Shown here in pieces: positions 37,789-47,496 of a stretch of 64,000 nt of DNA; position 1 is the first letter of the stretch, and each line of letters opens with the position of its first letter. The stretch is from Candidatus Woesebacteria bacterium GW2011_GWB1_33_22. GTDB lineage: Bacteria > Patescibacteriota > Microgenomatia > UBA8517. The stretch spans positions 47,660 through 111,659 of the forward strand of contig LBOW01000001.1 in assembly GCA_000989765.1 (NCBI GenBank). Direction: 5' to 3'. Both the position numbers and the translations under genes were made by a program. The notes beneath the pieces are model-generated. The model ran no database searches and was not told the DNA's origin. It saw only the letters and a program-made list of their open reading frames with translations.

Positions 37789-40442
37789 TTAAGTTTATCT
37801 TTAAATATTACTTAGCAATTATATTATTGATATTAGTTATATCATTTGGACAGACCTTATTAATGATTCCATGGCAAGACGATAATGCCCTCTTTTTTAA
37901 GTTAACTCATATCCAAGAAAGAGCAGGTTTTTTAGGTTCAGGAATATTTGGCGAAAGAGCCTATAAGTATACTGCCTTTTTTTATTATCCTATCTATTTA
38001 ATTTTTAAATTTCAGCCAGTATATTATTTTGGTATTAATTTTATTCTGTACGGAGTTTCAGTTTATATTTTATATAGAATAATTTCAAAAATGATAAATA
38101 ATCAGGTTGGGATGATGACAGGTTTTTTATATGCATGTGGATTTATTGGTTCAGATAGCTTTATCAGATTGTTTAACTCTCAAATTACTAGTCTAAGTAT
38201 AATCTTAGTTAGTACTTTCATCTATACATATTGGGTTTTTTACAAACAGAAGAAGAACGTGTGGTATTTTATTTCACTTTTTATTTTTTTTCTGGCGGCT
38301 GAGTTTGCAAGAGCTAGAACTCATTATATGATTGCAGTTCCTGTTGTTTTCGAATTACTATTTTTAACTTTTAATAAACCTATAATTAAATCAATATTTT
38401 TTTCTATTTTAAGAATATTTCCATTTGTACCGATTTTTTACCGTTATGTTATTTTAGAAGATTATCGTTCGGGAGGTGTGGGAGATTTATTAAACTCTTT
38501 ATTAAAAGGCGAGATCTATAAAATTTTTGGCTTTTTGTCGTCATTTTCTAATATGATTCTTCCTGACTGGTTTACCAAAAACTCCTTAAATAGTACAAAT
38601 GGTGTGTTTTATTCCTGGGGATTTGCTTTAGTAATGTTAATTATGTGTATATTCGTTTTTGTTAAATTCAAAAGACAAAGACTATATTCTTTGTCCCTTT
38701 TAACAACTAGTTTAATATGGGGGTATTTATCGTTAAATATTTTTATTCATCCAGCATTACATGTCACACAGGAGCAAATTTACTTAGCATTTATAGGTGG
38801 ACAATTGATTTTGCTATTTATTTTTGGATTTTTTTTGATTGATAAAAGTAAAAAACTATTGTATATATTTTTTTTGGCCGGAATATTTATAAATTTAGCA
38901 GCTTATTGGGCGTATAGCCCAACTCTGGTATACGAAAAAATTAATAGATATCTTTCACACTCCTTTCTTTATTTAGTGATATTACTTCCACTACTAGTCT
39001 ATTCAATAAAAAACAATAAAATATCAAATATATTTTTTGTAATTGTATTCTTTTGGGGATTGGGAAATATGTATGGTTCCTTTTTATATCAAAGACAAAT
39101 TTATTTAAACAGAGTTGTGCCCGTAAACTCGTTTTATAAAAAACTTGACGATTATCTTGTTACAATTGAAAAAGGAGATATTCTATTTTTTGATGTAGCG
39201 GATGACGCGCGAAGTTATTTTTCTGACGCCTTTTCTGTTGCTCAAATGCCAGATTCGACAGCAATTGCATGGAGGTATGGTATTGATAGATATGATTTTG
39301 AGATGTTTCAAACCTCTTCAGATTTTTTTAATTATTTACAAAAAAATACAGTTGATAAACAAAAAATTCATACATTTTTTTATTCAAAGGCAGGATTAAT
39401 TGAGACAACTAATGATTTTATTTTATATTTAGATAGTAATAAAATTGATGATTTGGATATTAAGATAAGTGACTCTTATCCTATTTTTGATAATATTATA
39501 ATTAATAACCAGATAGATAAATCTAGCATTAATTTTACTAAAGATCTATCCTTTTTTAGCCTTATACCTTTAGATTTACTTGTTCAAATTTCTGGTTACC
39601 CTCTATCAACGAAAGAAATTAAATTCCCTTTTAGTTATGGATTAGAAAATACAATGAGAAATAATTTTAGGGATAATCAGGATATATATTTGACATCCCG
39701 ATATAAAAAATATAAAGAAGAATTTAAAAAAACAAAAGTTAGTGTAAGTAGCGATTGGCAAGATAGAGTAGTAAGTAATTTAATTGATGGAGACTACAAT
39801 ACTTCATGGCAGGCCAATAGACTTTTGTGGTTAAAGGATGCTCAATTCATTTTTATTGAATCTGACAACAAGACGTTATTTAATAAGTTAGTTTTTGTAA
39901 ATTCTTATTCTGATAATACTCCACTTGAATTTGACATTTTAGGCTCAGACAATAATAGCGATTGGTTTTTGATTAAAGCATATAAGTCAGATCTCAGACT
40001 TAAAAACGGAGATATGCAAATTGTTGACTTTATACCACAAAGTTTTAAATTTTTAAAAATAAATTTTAAAAAAACATTAAATGATGATTCTCCTGCACTT
40101 TCTGAATTATGGCTTGTGCCATCAGAATTTGATGATTTGAATATTATTCAAACAGAGAAGTATTTAGAAAATTCATTCAAAAACATACCAGATGCTAATT
40201 TTTATAATCAATTATTAAAAGATAATGATTACGTTGGTACAATAGAGCTTTCTTGGTGGAATAATAAAAATTTTGGCTGGCAAACATCTTTTGATTCAAC
40301 CGCAAAGGTAATTTTTGATGGTAAATCTAGGTGGTATAAAATAAAAGTAACTCCCGGTGGGACAAAAATAAATCAACTTAAGTTTTTACTAAAAGATTTT
40401 CCCGCAAAATTTAAGATTCATGCAATCAAAGTTTTATATTAA
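37773..40442 (+). CDS. large polytopic membrane protein with C-terminal discoidin-like domain (tandem paralog B)
   Basis: IPWQDDNALFFKL, GFLYACGFIGSDSF, ARTHYMIAV blocks are shared with paralog A. C-terminal SSDWQDRVVSNLIDGDYNTSWQAN... discoidin-like. Confidence 0.7.
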   Translation: MQNKLIKFIFKYYLAIILLILVISFGQTLLMIPWQDDNALFFKLTHIQERAGFLGSGIFGERAYKYTAFFYYPIYLIFKFQPVYYFGINFILYGVSVYILYRIISKMINNQVGMMTGFLYACGFIGSDSFIRLFNSQITSLSIILVSTFIYTYWVFYKQKKNVWYFISLFIFFLAAEFARARTHYMIAVPVVFELLFLTFNKPIIKSIFFSILRIFPFVPIFYRYVILEDYRSGGVGDLLNSLLKGEIYKIFGFLSSFSNMILPDWFTKNSLNSTNGVFYSWGFALVMLIMCIFVFVKFKRQRLYSLSLLTTSLIWGYLSLNIFIHPALHVTQEQIYLAFIGGQLILLFIFGFFLIDKSKKLLYIFFLAGIFINLAAYWAYSPTLVYEKINRYLSHSFLYLVILLPLLVYSIKNNKISNIFFVIVFFWGLGNMYGSFLYQRQIYLNRVVPVNSFYKKLDDYLVTIEKGDILFFDVADDARSYFSDAFSVAQMPDSTAIAWRYGIDRYDFEMFQTSSDFFNYLQKNTVDKQKIHTFFYSKAGLIETTNDFILYLDSNKIDDLDIKISDSYPIFDNIIINNQIDKSSINFTKDLSFFSLIPLDLLVQISGYPLSTKEIKFPFSYGLENTMRNNFRDNQDIYLTSRYKKYKEEFKKTKVSVSSDWQDRVVSNLIDGDYNTSWQANRLLWLKDAQFIFIESDNKTLFNKLVFVNSYSDNTPLEFDILGSDNNSDWFLIKAYKSDLRLKNGDMQIVDFIPQSFKFLKINFKKTLNDDSPALSELWLVPSEFDDLNIIQTEKYLENSFKNIPDANFYNQLLKDNDYVGTIELSWWNNKNFGWQTSFDSTAKVIFDGKSRWYKIKVTPGGTKINQLKFLLKDFPAKFKIHAIKVLY

Positions 40443-40445
40443 ATG

Positions 40446-42527
40446 TTATTCAAGTACAGTAACAATTGCACTTTTACTTTTGGTTAAGCATGTATCACCA
40501 TTTTCCATCTCAAAGACAATAACTTTAGCTTCTCTGGCAACAAAGTAAAAATCAAAGTTAGAAGTTAAGGTTTTTAATTCTGCATGTTTTAGTTGATTTT
40601 GAGCAATATCTTCATTTTCTCTTATCCAATCGCTATTATTCGTACTTGTGCGCACATATCCAGTTTGAACTAATGAACAATTCTTAGTTGGTATAATAAA
40701 TGAAGTCTTCATTATTTTTTCAGTCTTGGGTAATGTTATGGTTATATTTTTTTTATCTTTTTGAGTATTGACAGAAATAATTAATTTTTTTTGGTTTTTA
40801 AACATTTCTTTTACATACTTTTCATCGTTTTTCCAAACTTTAGCAATTGCTACTCCATCAACCTTAACTTCATACAGGGGATTCATAACAGTGTTTAGGT
40901 AGTTTAGGTTGTACCAGTGCATCGGAGAATAATCATATGTAAGTTCTAATACATATTCACCTTTATGCTCAGGTCCAGACCAATAATTTGGAGATAGAGA
41001 GATATCAGGTCTTAATTTAAATCTTGGAATGTTGCTTATTGAACCTACTGGTAAAGTCAAATATGCATTTTGCTCTGCATATTGATTTAACCATAAAATA
41101 GCAGGGTAATAGGCATTCCCATTTGAGTTGCCCCAAGAATTAATATTCTTTTCTTTAGCACCAGCTAAGCCTCCAACTATTTTGTTAAAAAAAACATTTT
41201 CATTAGGATGAATATTAACCAGTTTAATAATTACAGGTATAAAAATAATATTAGTTATTAATATAAAAATATAAATGTTTAATTTACCTAATTTTTTATA
41301 AACTAATCCAGCAGTTATACCACAAAGCATCGCCAATATTGGTATAAATTCCATTATTAACCTTACTCCACCATAACTTAGAGCTCCAAAAAAAGATATT
41401 CTTCCGACAATTGTAATTAATGACAAAATCAACAAAAGCGAAAAACTTTTACTTTTCAATAAACTTCTAACAAAGAATAATGAGAATATAGAAATGATTA
41501 TTGTGGGAATCGGAGTTGTGTAAAATATCCAAGTAATTGGGTAAGTATTAAATATTTTTAAAAGATAATAATTTTGAGGTTGAGATGGTGCTGAATAACC
41601 CACCTCAAGATAGAAATCTATAATTCTTTTTATTCCTAAAATTGGATCTTTCCAAAGAGTTGGAAAACTACCAATTAAGATTGTAAAAACAATAACCGGG
41701 AGTATTATTAGTAGAATCCAAAATTTAGTCAAAAATCTTAAAAAGTCTTTTGTTTTGTAAAAATAAAAAAACAGCCATATAGATAATGGAATAATAATGA
41801 AAATAATATTTAATTTAGTTGAGAGACCCATTGCAAAAAATAAAATTGTTAATATTCCCCAAAAATATTTTTGCTTTTTAATGAAAATATAAAAAGAAAT
41901 CAATGTAAGGGAATAAAAGCAGGTAATGATTGGATCTTTAATATTAAAATGTTGCTCACCAACAAAAAGAGGGTAAGTTGTAAGAACTAATGATGAAACA
42001 ATAGATTGAATTATGCCAAATTCTTTCCACATAAATATAGCAATAGTAAAAACTAGTAATGATGCGACTGTAATTTCAAATAAATGATAACTTTCTAAAT
42101 CATCTAAAATACCAATTTTTTGATAGAAGATTTTATTAAAAAAAGCAGCCAAAACTCCATTTAAGGCAGGATGACCGTAAGTATTATCAATATCGATGTG
42201 ATACTCGCCATTCCAGTCTTCATCTTGATAATAACTTCTTCGGAATTTAGAATCAGATAAGTAGGGGTTGTTATTAACTTCTTGAAAATGTTTTTCAGAG
42301 TCGCGAAAATCTGAACTATCCGAAGTTCCCTTAAGAGCTTTGTATTTAGGAATATCGTTGTAATTTTTTTGTCCAGTTAAAAAATAATGGAGAAATGCTT
42401 GTCCTCGACGAAAATGAAAAGGTTCATCCCAATTTATTCCATAATCACCCAATGTTTTAAATGCTATTAGAAAAAACAATATTGGAATAATTAAAATTAA
42501 TAAAAATATTAAAAAACTTTTTTTCAT
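40446..42527 (-). CDS. GT-C fold membrane glycosyltransferase (ArnT/PMT-like), paralog of 12550-14598
   Basis: DYGINWDEPFHFRRGQ (DE motif), about 11 TM helices, conserved blocks shared with 12550-14598, C-terminal soluble domain. Confidence 0.65.
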   Translation of the reverse strand: MKKSFLIFLLILIIPILFFLIAFKTLGDYGINWDEPFHFRRGQAFLHYFLTGQKNYNDIPKYKALKGTSDSSDFRDSEKHFQEVNNNPYLSDSKFRRSYYQDEDWNGEYHIDIDNTYGHPALNGVLAAFFNKIFYQKIGILDDLESYHLFEITVASLLVFTIAIFMWKEFGIIQSIVSSLVLTTYPLFVGEQHFNIKDPIITCFYSLTLISFYIFIKKQKYFWGILTILFFAMGLSTKLNIIFIIIPLSIWLFFYFYKTKDFLRFLTKFWILLIILPVIVFTILIGSFPTLWKDPILGIKRIIDFYLEVGYSAPSQPQNYYLLKIFNTYPITWIFYTTPIPTIIISIFSLFFVRSLLKSKSFSLLLILSLITIVGRISFFGALSYGGVRLIMEFIPILAMLCGITAGLVYKKLGKLNIYIFILITNIIFIPVIIKLVNIHPNENVFFNKIVGGLAGAKEKNINSWGNSNGNAYYPAILWLNQYAEQNAYLTLPVGSISNIPRFKLRPDISLSPNYWSGPEHKGEYVLELTYDYSPMHWYNLNYLNTVMNPLYEVKVDGVAIAKVWKNDEKYVKEMFKNQKKLIISVNTQKDKKNITITLPKTEKIMKTSFIIPTKNCSLVQTGYVRTSTNNSDWIRENEDIAQNQLKHAELKTLTSNFDFYFVAREAKVIVFEMENGDTCLTKSKSAIVTVLE

Positions 42528-42556
42528 TTAGTTGCTGTTTATTCAATGATATAAAT

Positions 42557-43387
42557 ATGGTAACATATTTTGTGCTTAACAATATTTCTAATCGTTTTCT
42601 AGGATCGGTTTTGAGTGAAGCTGATACAAAAGTTATGAACGCTTATGGTTGGGGTGTTCAGTTTCATAAAAATAGCTCCATAAATTTATTTGTTAAGTTT
42701 TTTGGTGTTCCCCACCTTGGTGCGCGCATGAGAAATCGGATCCTAGAAAATATAATTAACAAAAGAAACCATAAAAATTCTACACTTTTTGATGCTGGGT
42801 GTGGAATAGGCCTAACTAGTATGTATTTATCAAATAAATTTGAAAAAATTTATGCAGTCGATGTTGAAGAACAAAAAATTAAAGTAGCTAAAATGATTGC
42901 TAAGAATAATCACATTAATAATATAGAATTTAGAAAGGTTGATGTTTTGAAGGACAAAATAGCTTCGAAAACTTTCGATTTTGTGATTTGTTTTGAAGTG
43001 CTAGAACATGTAAATAACGAAGAGGAATTTATTTATAAACTCTCAAAATTGGTTAAGAAAAATGGAGTTATGATTCTATCATTTCCTTCGAAGACACTGC
43101 TTTCCCGTATGGCACAGAAATCACTCGATCACCATAAATCAGGCTATTCATCAGATGAGATTAATAAAATAGCTAAAAAATTTAAACTTAAAGTTGTTGA
43201 AGAACAATCTTTTGGTAAGAGCCTCTTGGGAAAATTAGTCGTCGGTTGCGATTTTATTTTTAGAATAACTTTTACACCATTAGCAAGTTTATTTTTCCCA
43301 GTTTTTTATCCATTATTGATACTGGATTATTATTTGCCAAAATTTGGAATTCCAAGAGGATATATATTAGTAATACACAAAAACTAA
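42557..43387 (+). CDS. class I SAM-dependent methyltransferase with C-terminal hydrophobic segment
   Basis: LFDAGCGIGLTSMYL...FDFVICFEVLEHV...KKNGVMILSFP; C-terminal FFPVFYPLLILDYYL. Confidence 0.75.
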   Translation: MVTYFVLNNISNRFLGSVLSEADTKVMNAYGWGVQFHKNSSINLFVKFFGVPHLGARMRNRILENIINKRNHKNSTLFDAGCGIGLTSMYLSNKFEKIYAVDVEEQKIKVAKMIAKNNHINNIEFRKVDVLKDKIASKTFDFVICFEVLEHVNNEEEFIYKLSKLVKKNGVMILSFPSKTLLSRMAQKSLDHHKSGYSSDEINKIAKKFKLKVVEEQSFGKSLLGKLVVGCDFIFRITFTPLASLFFPVFYPLLILDYYLPKFGIPRGYILVIHKN

Positions 43388-43391
43388 AAAT

Positions 43392-45113
43392 ATGAAAATT
43401 ATTGGTTTAACATATCACAAAAGTGGAGTACATGATAATTCTGTTGCTCTTTTGGAGAACGGAAAAGTGTTATTTGCAGAAGCAGAGGAAAGAATTTCAA
43501 GAATAAAGCATGATGGAAGATTTCCATACCTTGCGTTAAAAGAAGGTTTAAATTTAACTAAAAATAAATTAAAAAATATTAATTATTTTGTATCTGCTAC
43601 ACCAAACGAAAATTATATTCAAATGTTTTTAACAACAGTTAAATTTTTACCAACCGTAGGTTTGGGAAATTATTTAGAACAAATGATTGGTGCACTTACA
43701 CATAAAATAGATAAAGTTTCAGATGATGACAGACCAAAAAATATACAGGAGATGGGAATATCGGAAAGTAAGTTTTTTACAGTTTCCCATTATTTTGCTC
43801 ATGCCGTTGCCGCTTATTATACTTGTCCATTTGATAAGTGTTTAGTAATTAATATGGATGGGTTTGGTCCCGGGGATAAGGGAGAGCCTTTGAGTGGACA
43901 AATTTATTTAGGTGAAAATAATAAATTAATAGGACTTGAGGTTGTGCCTGTTCATGCATCACTAGGGCTATATTACGGGGTTATAACAATGGCATTAGGA
44001 TTTAAATTAAATGACGGGGAAGGTAAAACCATGGGTCTGGCAGCATACGGAGATCCAGCAAAGTGTTACAAAAAAGTCAAAAATTTTTTCCCGAGATTTA
44101 TCGATAATGATTGGATAGTTAAAAGTTCAATAATGGACATTCTTAATGTTTCAAGGAAGAAAGTCTATGTGAAGTCAAGTACTTATAAATATCTTAAAAA
44201 GTTAGTAGAGGATTATGGTAAAGAAGATGTTGCTGCCGCCTGCCAATTGGTTTTTGAAGAGGAATTAGTAACTTACATTTCTCATCTTATCAAAAAGTAT
44301 AAAGTTTCAAAAGTTGCTTTAAACGGTGGTATCTTTTTAAATGTCAAGGCAAATATGAGACTTTTGGAGGAAAAAGTTGTTGATGATCTTTATGTTTATC
44401 CTAACCCTTCTGATGGGGGAACTGCTATGGGAGCTGCTCTTGCCGGATTCATAACTAAGGGTCAAAAAATAAAGCGACAAGAGCTACTGCATCCTGCATA
44501 CAGTAGAGAATATAAAAATTCAGAAATTATTACAGAACTCAAAAAGACAAAAGGAATAGAATACAAAAAATTAGGTACTAATCTTCCACGAATTGGGGCA
44601 AAACTACTTTTTGACGGAAAAGTAGTGGGTTGGTTTGAAGGCAGAGGAGAGTGGGGTCCTAGAGCGTTGGGGCAAAGAAGTGTAATAGCTGATCCAAGGC
44701 ATTTGGAAACTAAGAACAGAATAAATAATATATTGAAAGGAAGGGAGTGGTTTATGCCATTCGCTCCAAGCATGGCAATCGAGGGGGCTCCAAAGTATTT
44801 GAAGATGTTGAGAAAGGCACCATTTATGATAATTGGAGATAGAATCATGCCAGGAATGGAAAAAGATCTAAAGGCGGCGGCCCATATTGACGAGACTGTT
44901 CGCCCCCACCTCGTAACAAGAGAAGCAAACAAACTCTATTATCAAGTAATTAAGGAATTTGAGAAATTAACTGGTGTACCTACTATTTTAAATACTAGTT
45001 TTAATAAACATGGACTTCCAATAGTTTACACTCCAAGACAGGCTGTTGAGCATTTATTATGGGGTGCAATTGACGAACTAATAATTGGTAGTTATCATGT
45101 TTGGAGAAAATGA
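43392..45113 (+). CDS. carbamoyltransferase, NodU/CmcH family
   Basis: MKIIGLTYHKSGVHDNSVALLENGKVLFAEAEERISRIKHDGRFP matches the NodU/CmcH N-terminus; about 570 aa, Kae1/HypF-like fold length. Confidence 0.85.
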   Translation: MKIIGLTYHKSGVHDNSVALLENGKVLFAEAEERISRIKHDGRFPYLALKEGLNLTKNKLKNINYFVSATPNENYIQMFLTTVKFLPTVGLGNYLEQMIGALTHKIDKVSDDDRPKNIQEMGISESKFFTVSHYFAHAVAAYYTCPFDKCLVINMDGFGPGDKGEPLSGQIYLGENNKLIGLEVVPVHASLGLYYGVITMALGFKLNDGEGKTMGLAAYGDPAKCYKKVKNFFPRFIDNDWIVKSSIMDILNVSRKKVYVKSSTYKYLKKLVEDYGKEDVAAACQLVFEEELVTYISHLIKKYKVSKVALNGGIFLNVKANMRLLEEKVVDDLYVYPNPSDGGTAMGAALAGFITKGQKIKRQELLHPAYSREYKNSEIITELKKTKGIEYKKLGTNLPRIGAKLLFDGKVVGWFEGRGEWGPRALGQRSVIADPRHLETKNRINNILKGREWFMPFAPSMAIEGAPKYLKMLRKAPFMIIGDRIMPGMEKDLKAAAHIDETVRPHLVTREANKLYYQVIKEFEKLTGVPTILNTSFNKHGLPIVYTPRQAVEHLLWGAIDELIIGSYHVWRK

Positions 45114-45835
45114 AATATCAAACCAAGAATCTTCAGCCACACAGCAAAATCGGTTTATCTTTTATAAGTTTATTAAAACATTATTATCATGTTAGTAATT
45201 TAGATAATTTGAGACAATCTTTGAAAGATGACTTAATCGCCACCATATTTATGGGGTCTGGGAGTGGTATATTTGGATCGTTCATAAGGGGTATGTATTT
45301 TAAGTTATTTTTAAACTATAAACTTCCATCTATGATTGGAAATCGCTTTCGTATTATAAATTCGTCAATGGTTAAGGTTGGTAAGAACTTGTGGATTAAA
45401 GATGATGTTACGATATTTGCGGGGGACAAGATGACAATTGGCGATGGCTGTGTTTTGTGTGATAGATCAAGTATTTGGTCCAGTAAAGACGGTTTAAAAA
45501 TTGGAGATGGATTTTCATTAGGTATAGGTGGATATATCTGTGGAACTGAAGGAAGGATAGCTATAGGTAATAAAGTAATTATGGCTGATAATGTACGTTT
45601 ATACAGTTGGAATCATAGTTTATATTCCAGTTTAAAAACGTTTTCAGAGAATGAAATTTCTCATCGAGGTATTACGATTGGTAACAATTGCTGGCTTGGA
45701 TCTGGATGTGTAATATTAGATGGTGTGAATTTAGGTGATAACTGTGTTGTAGGTGCGGGAGCTGTAGTTACAAAGTCATTTCCTAAAAATTCGTTAATCG
45801 CGGGGGTCCCAGCAAAAGTTGTTAAAACAATATGA
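45101..45835 (+). CDS. hexapeptide-repeat O-acetyltransferase (WcaF/maltose O-acetyltransferase-like)
   Basis: C-terminal GITIGNNCWLGSGCVILDGVNLGDNCVVGAGAVV LbH repeats. Confidence 0.75.
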   Translation: MEKMKYQTKNLQPHSKIGLSFISLLKHYYHVSNLDNLRQSLKDDLIATIFMGSGSGIFGSFIRGMYFKLFLNYKLPSMIGNRFRIINSSMVKVGKNLWIKDDVTIFAGDKMTIGDGCVLCDRSSIWSSKDGLKIGDGFSLGIGGYICGTEGRIAIGNKVIMADNVRLYSWNHSLYSSLKTFSENEISHRGITIGNNCWLGSGCVILDGVNLGDNCVVGAGAVVTKSFPKNSLIAGVPAKVVKTI

Positions 45836-47496
45836 CTAAATTACTAGAATCTTATTTTATATATATTTTATTAGTCGTATCAGTTTTAGTTTGGTTTGTA
45901 TCCTATTCAAAAGTTCCATTTATTTTTTTTCAGCAAGATGAGTTAATGGGGTTTGGTCTTTTTATTCTAAACAGGGTTGATATGTTGTATACGGGCCTTG
46001 GATTTAAAGGAATGGTACATTTTGTGCCGGTCACAATGTCACTTTCCTTCGGAATTTTTAATATTTTTGGCCTAAATCATATTCCTTACAATATATTTGG
46101 GTTGATATTTCACACAATTAATGGACTCCTTGTTTATCTATTGGGTCAAAAGATATTTAAGAATCGTTTATATTCACTCCTTGCTCTGATAATGTTTTTT
46201 TCAAGTAGCTCTGGCGCAGAGTTGGTTATGTGGCCTGTTATAAATTTAAACACAATTTCACTGTCCTTTTCACTCCTTGCTATGTATGTTTTAATCTCAT
46301 CGTATATAAAAGATGGGTATTTACAAATTAAGAAGTCTATTTACATTTCTATATTATTTTTACTCTCTGTTTTCTCAGTAGAATACGCAGCTGGACTTAT
46401 TTTTATCATTCCTGTCACCGCATTTTTAATGGATAGAAAAAATAGTGGAATAAAAAAACTAACTCAAATCTGGCCATTTTATTTAACGGTAATGATATTT
46501 TTAATACTTAGATTTGTTCCCTCTCTTTTTTTAAGAGAATTGAATACCTTAAATTCTGTCCTTGAGACTGGGGTTTTTAGTAGAGCCATGGGTTTAATTC
46601 GATTGCCACTTATTTATGTTTCCCAGACCTTTTTGGGTCAAAATGCATTAATAAACATTTCTCAACTTATATCTAGTGTTTTTTGGGGAAACACAACAAA
46701 CACTCAATTTGCAGAGGGGGTCATTTATAAATATGTAGCGTCCGTATTGGGAGTATTTATTGTTATTATTTTTCTAAAGTTGTTTTCGAAATTTACTAAA
46801 TTAGATAAAAAATATTTATTAATTTTCCTAAGTTTTATTATCTTCTCTTCGCTACCTTTTATCTTAGTTCCTGGACAGTTGTTTTCAATATTTTCATCTA
46901 GGTATTTATATTTTGGTGGTGTTGGGTATGCTTTTATTTTGGTCTTGATATTGCAATTAATTGTAAATCTCAAAAAAAATAGAATTACCCTATTCTATAT
47001 AATATTTTTAGTTTCAATGATCCTCGGTGGAGTATATGGTAATTATAAAAAAGGCAATGCTCTTTATAACATTGGGAACCTGAGGGTTCAAATTTTAAGA
47101 AGTATTAAAAAAGACCATCCAACACTTCCACAAAAAGTTATTTTTTATACAGATAGCAACAAAAGTTATTATGGTTTGCCTGACGAGGATAAGATTCTAC
47201 CTTTTCAGTCTGGTCTAGGGCAAACACTACTTTTATGGTATTATTCAGACGAAAAGTTTTCAAAAAGTTTTTTTAAAAATGAATACCTTTGGGGCATTCT
47301 TTCAGAAGGCTATAAGGAAATTGATGACAGGGGATTAGGGTATTTTAGAGATTTTGAGAGACTTAAAAATGCAGTTAATGATAATAATCTAAATCCCGAA
47401 TCAGTTATAGCATTTAAGTGGGATTATTATACTAATACATTAACTGACACAACAAACGAAGTTAGAAATAAACTTAAGAATGAAAATTATAAATAA
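45832..47496 (+). CDS. polytopic membrane protein, candidate GT-C glycosyltransferase
   Basis: About 13 TM helices; N-terminal loop with FFQQDELMGFG (DE motif); hydrophilic C-terminal about 130 aa. Confidence 0.5.
   Translation: MTKLLESYFIYILLVVSVLVWFVSYSKVPFIFFQQDELMGFGLFILNRVDMLYTGLGFKGMVHFVPVTMSLSFGIFNIFGLNHIPYNIFGLIFHTINGLLVYLLGQKIFKNRLYSLLALIMFFSSSSGAELVMWPVINLNTISLSFSLLAMYVLISSYIKDGYLQIKKSIYISILFLLSVFSVEYAAGLIFIIPVTAFLMDRKNSGIKKLTQIWPFYLTVMIFLILRFVPSLFLRELNTLNSVLETGVFSRAMGLIRLPLIYVSQTFLGQNALINISQLISSVFWGNTTNTQFAEGVIYKYVASVLGVFIVIIFLKLFSKFTKLDKKYLLIFLSFIIFSSLPFILVPGQLFSIFSSRYLYFGGVGYAFILVLILQLIVNLKKNRITLFYIIFLVSMILGGVYGNYKKGNALYNIGNLRVQILRSIKKDHPTLPQKVIFYTDSNKSYYGLPDEDKILPFQSGLGQTLLLWYYSDEKFSKSFFKNEYLWGILSEGYKEIDDRGLGYFRDFERLKNAVNDNNLNPESVIAFKWDYYTNTLTDTTNEVRNKLKNENYK

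Noticed and set aside
35065-40442. Possibility that the tandem discoidin membrane genes are an assembly-collapsed or duplicated repeat artefact
   Set aside because: The two copies are substantially diverged at protein level, similar mainly in motif blocks. They differ in length (907 vs 889 aa) and overlap by 16 nt, consistent with genuine ancient paralogs.
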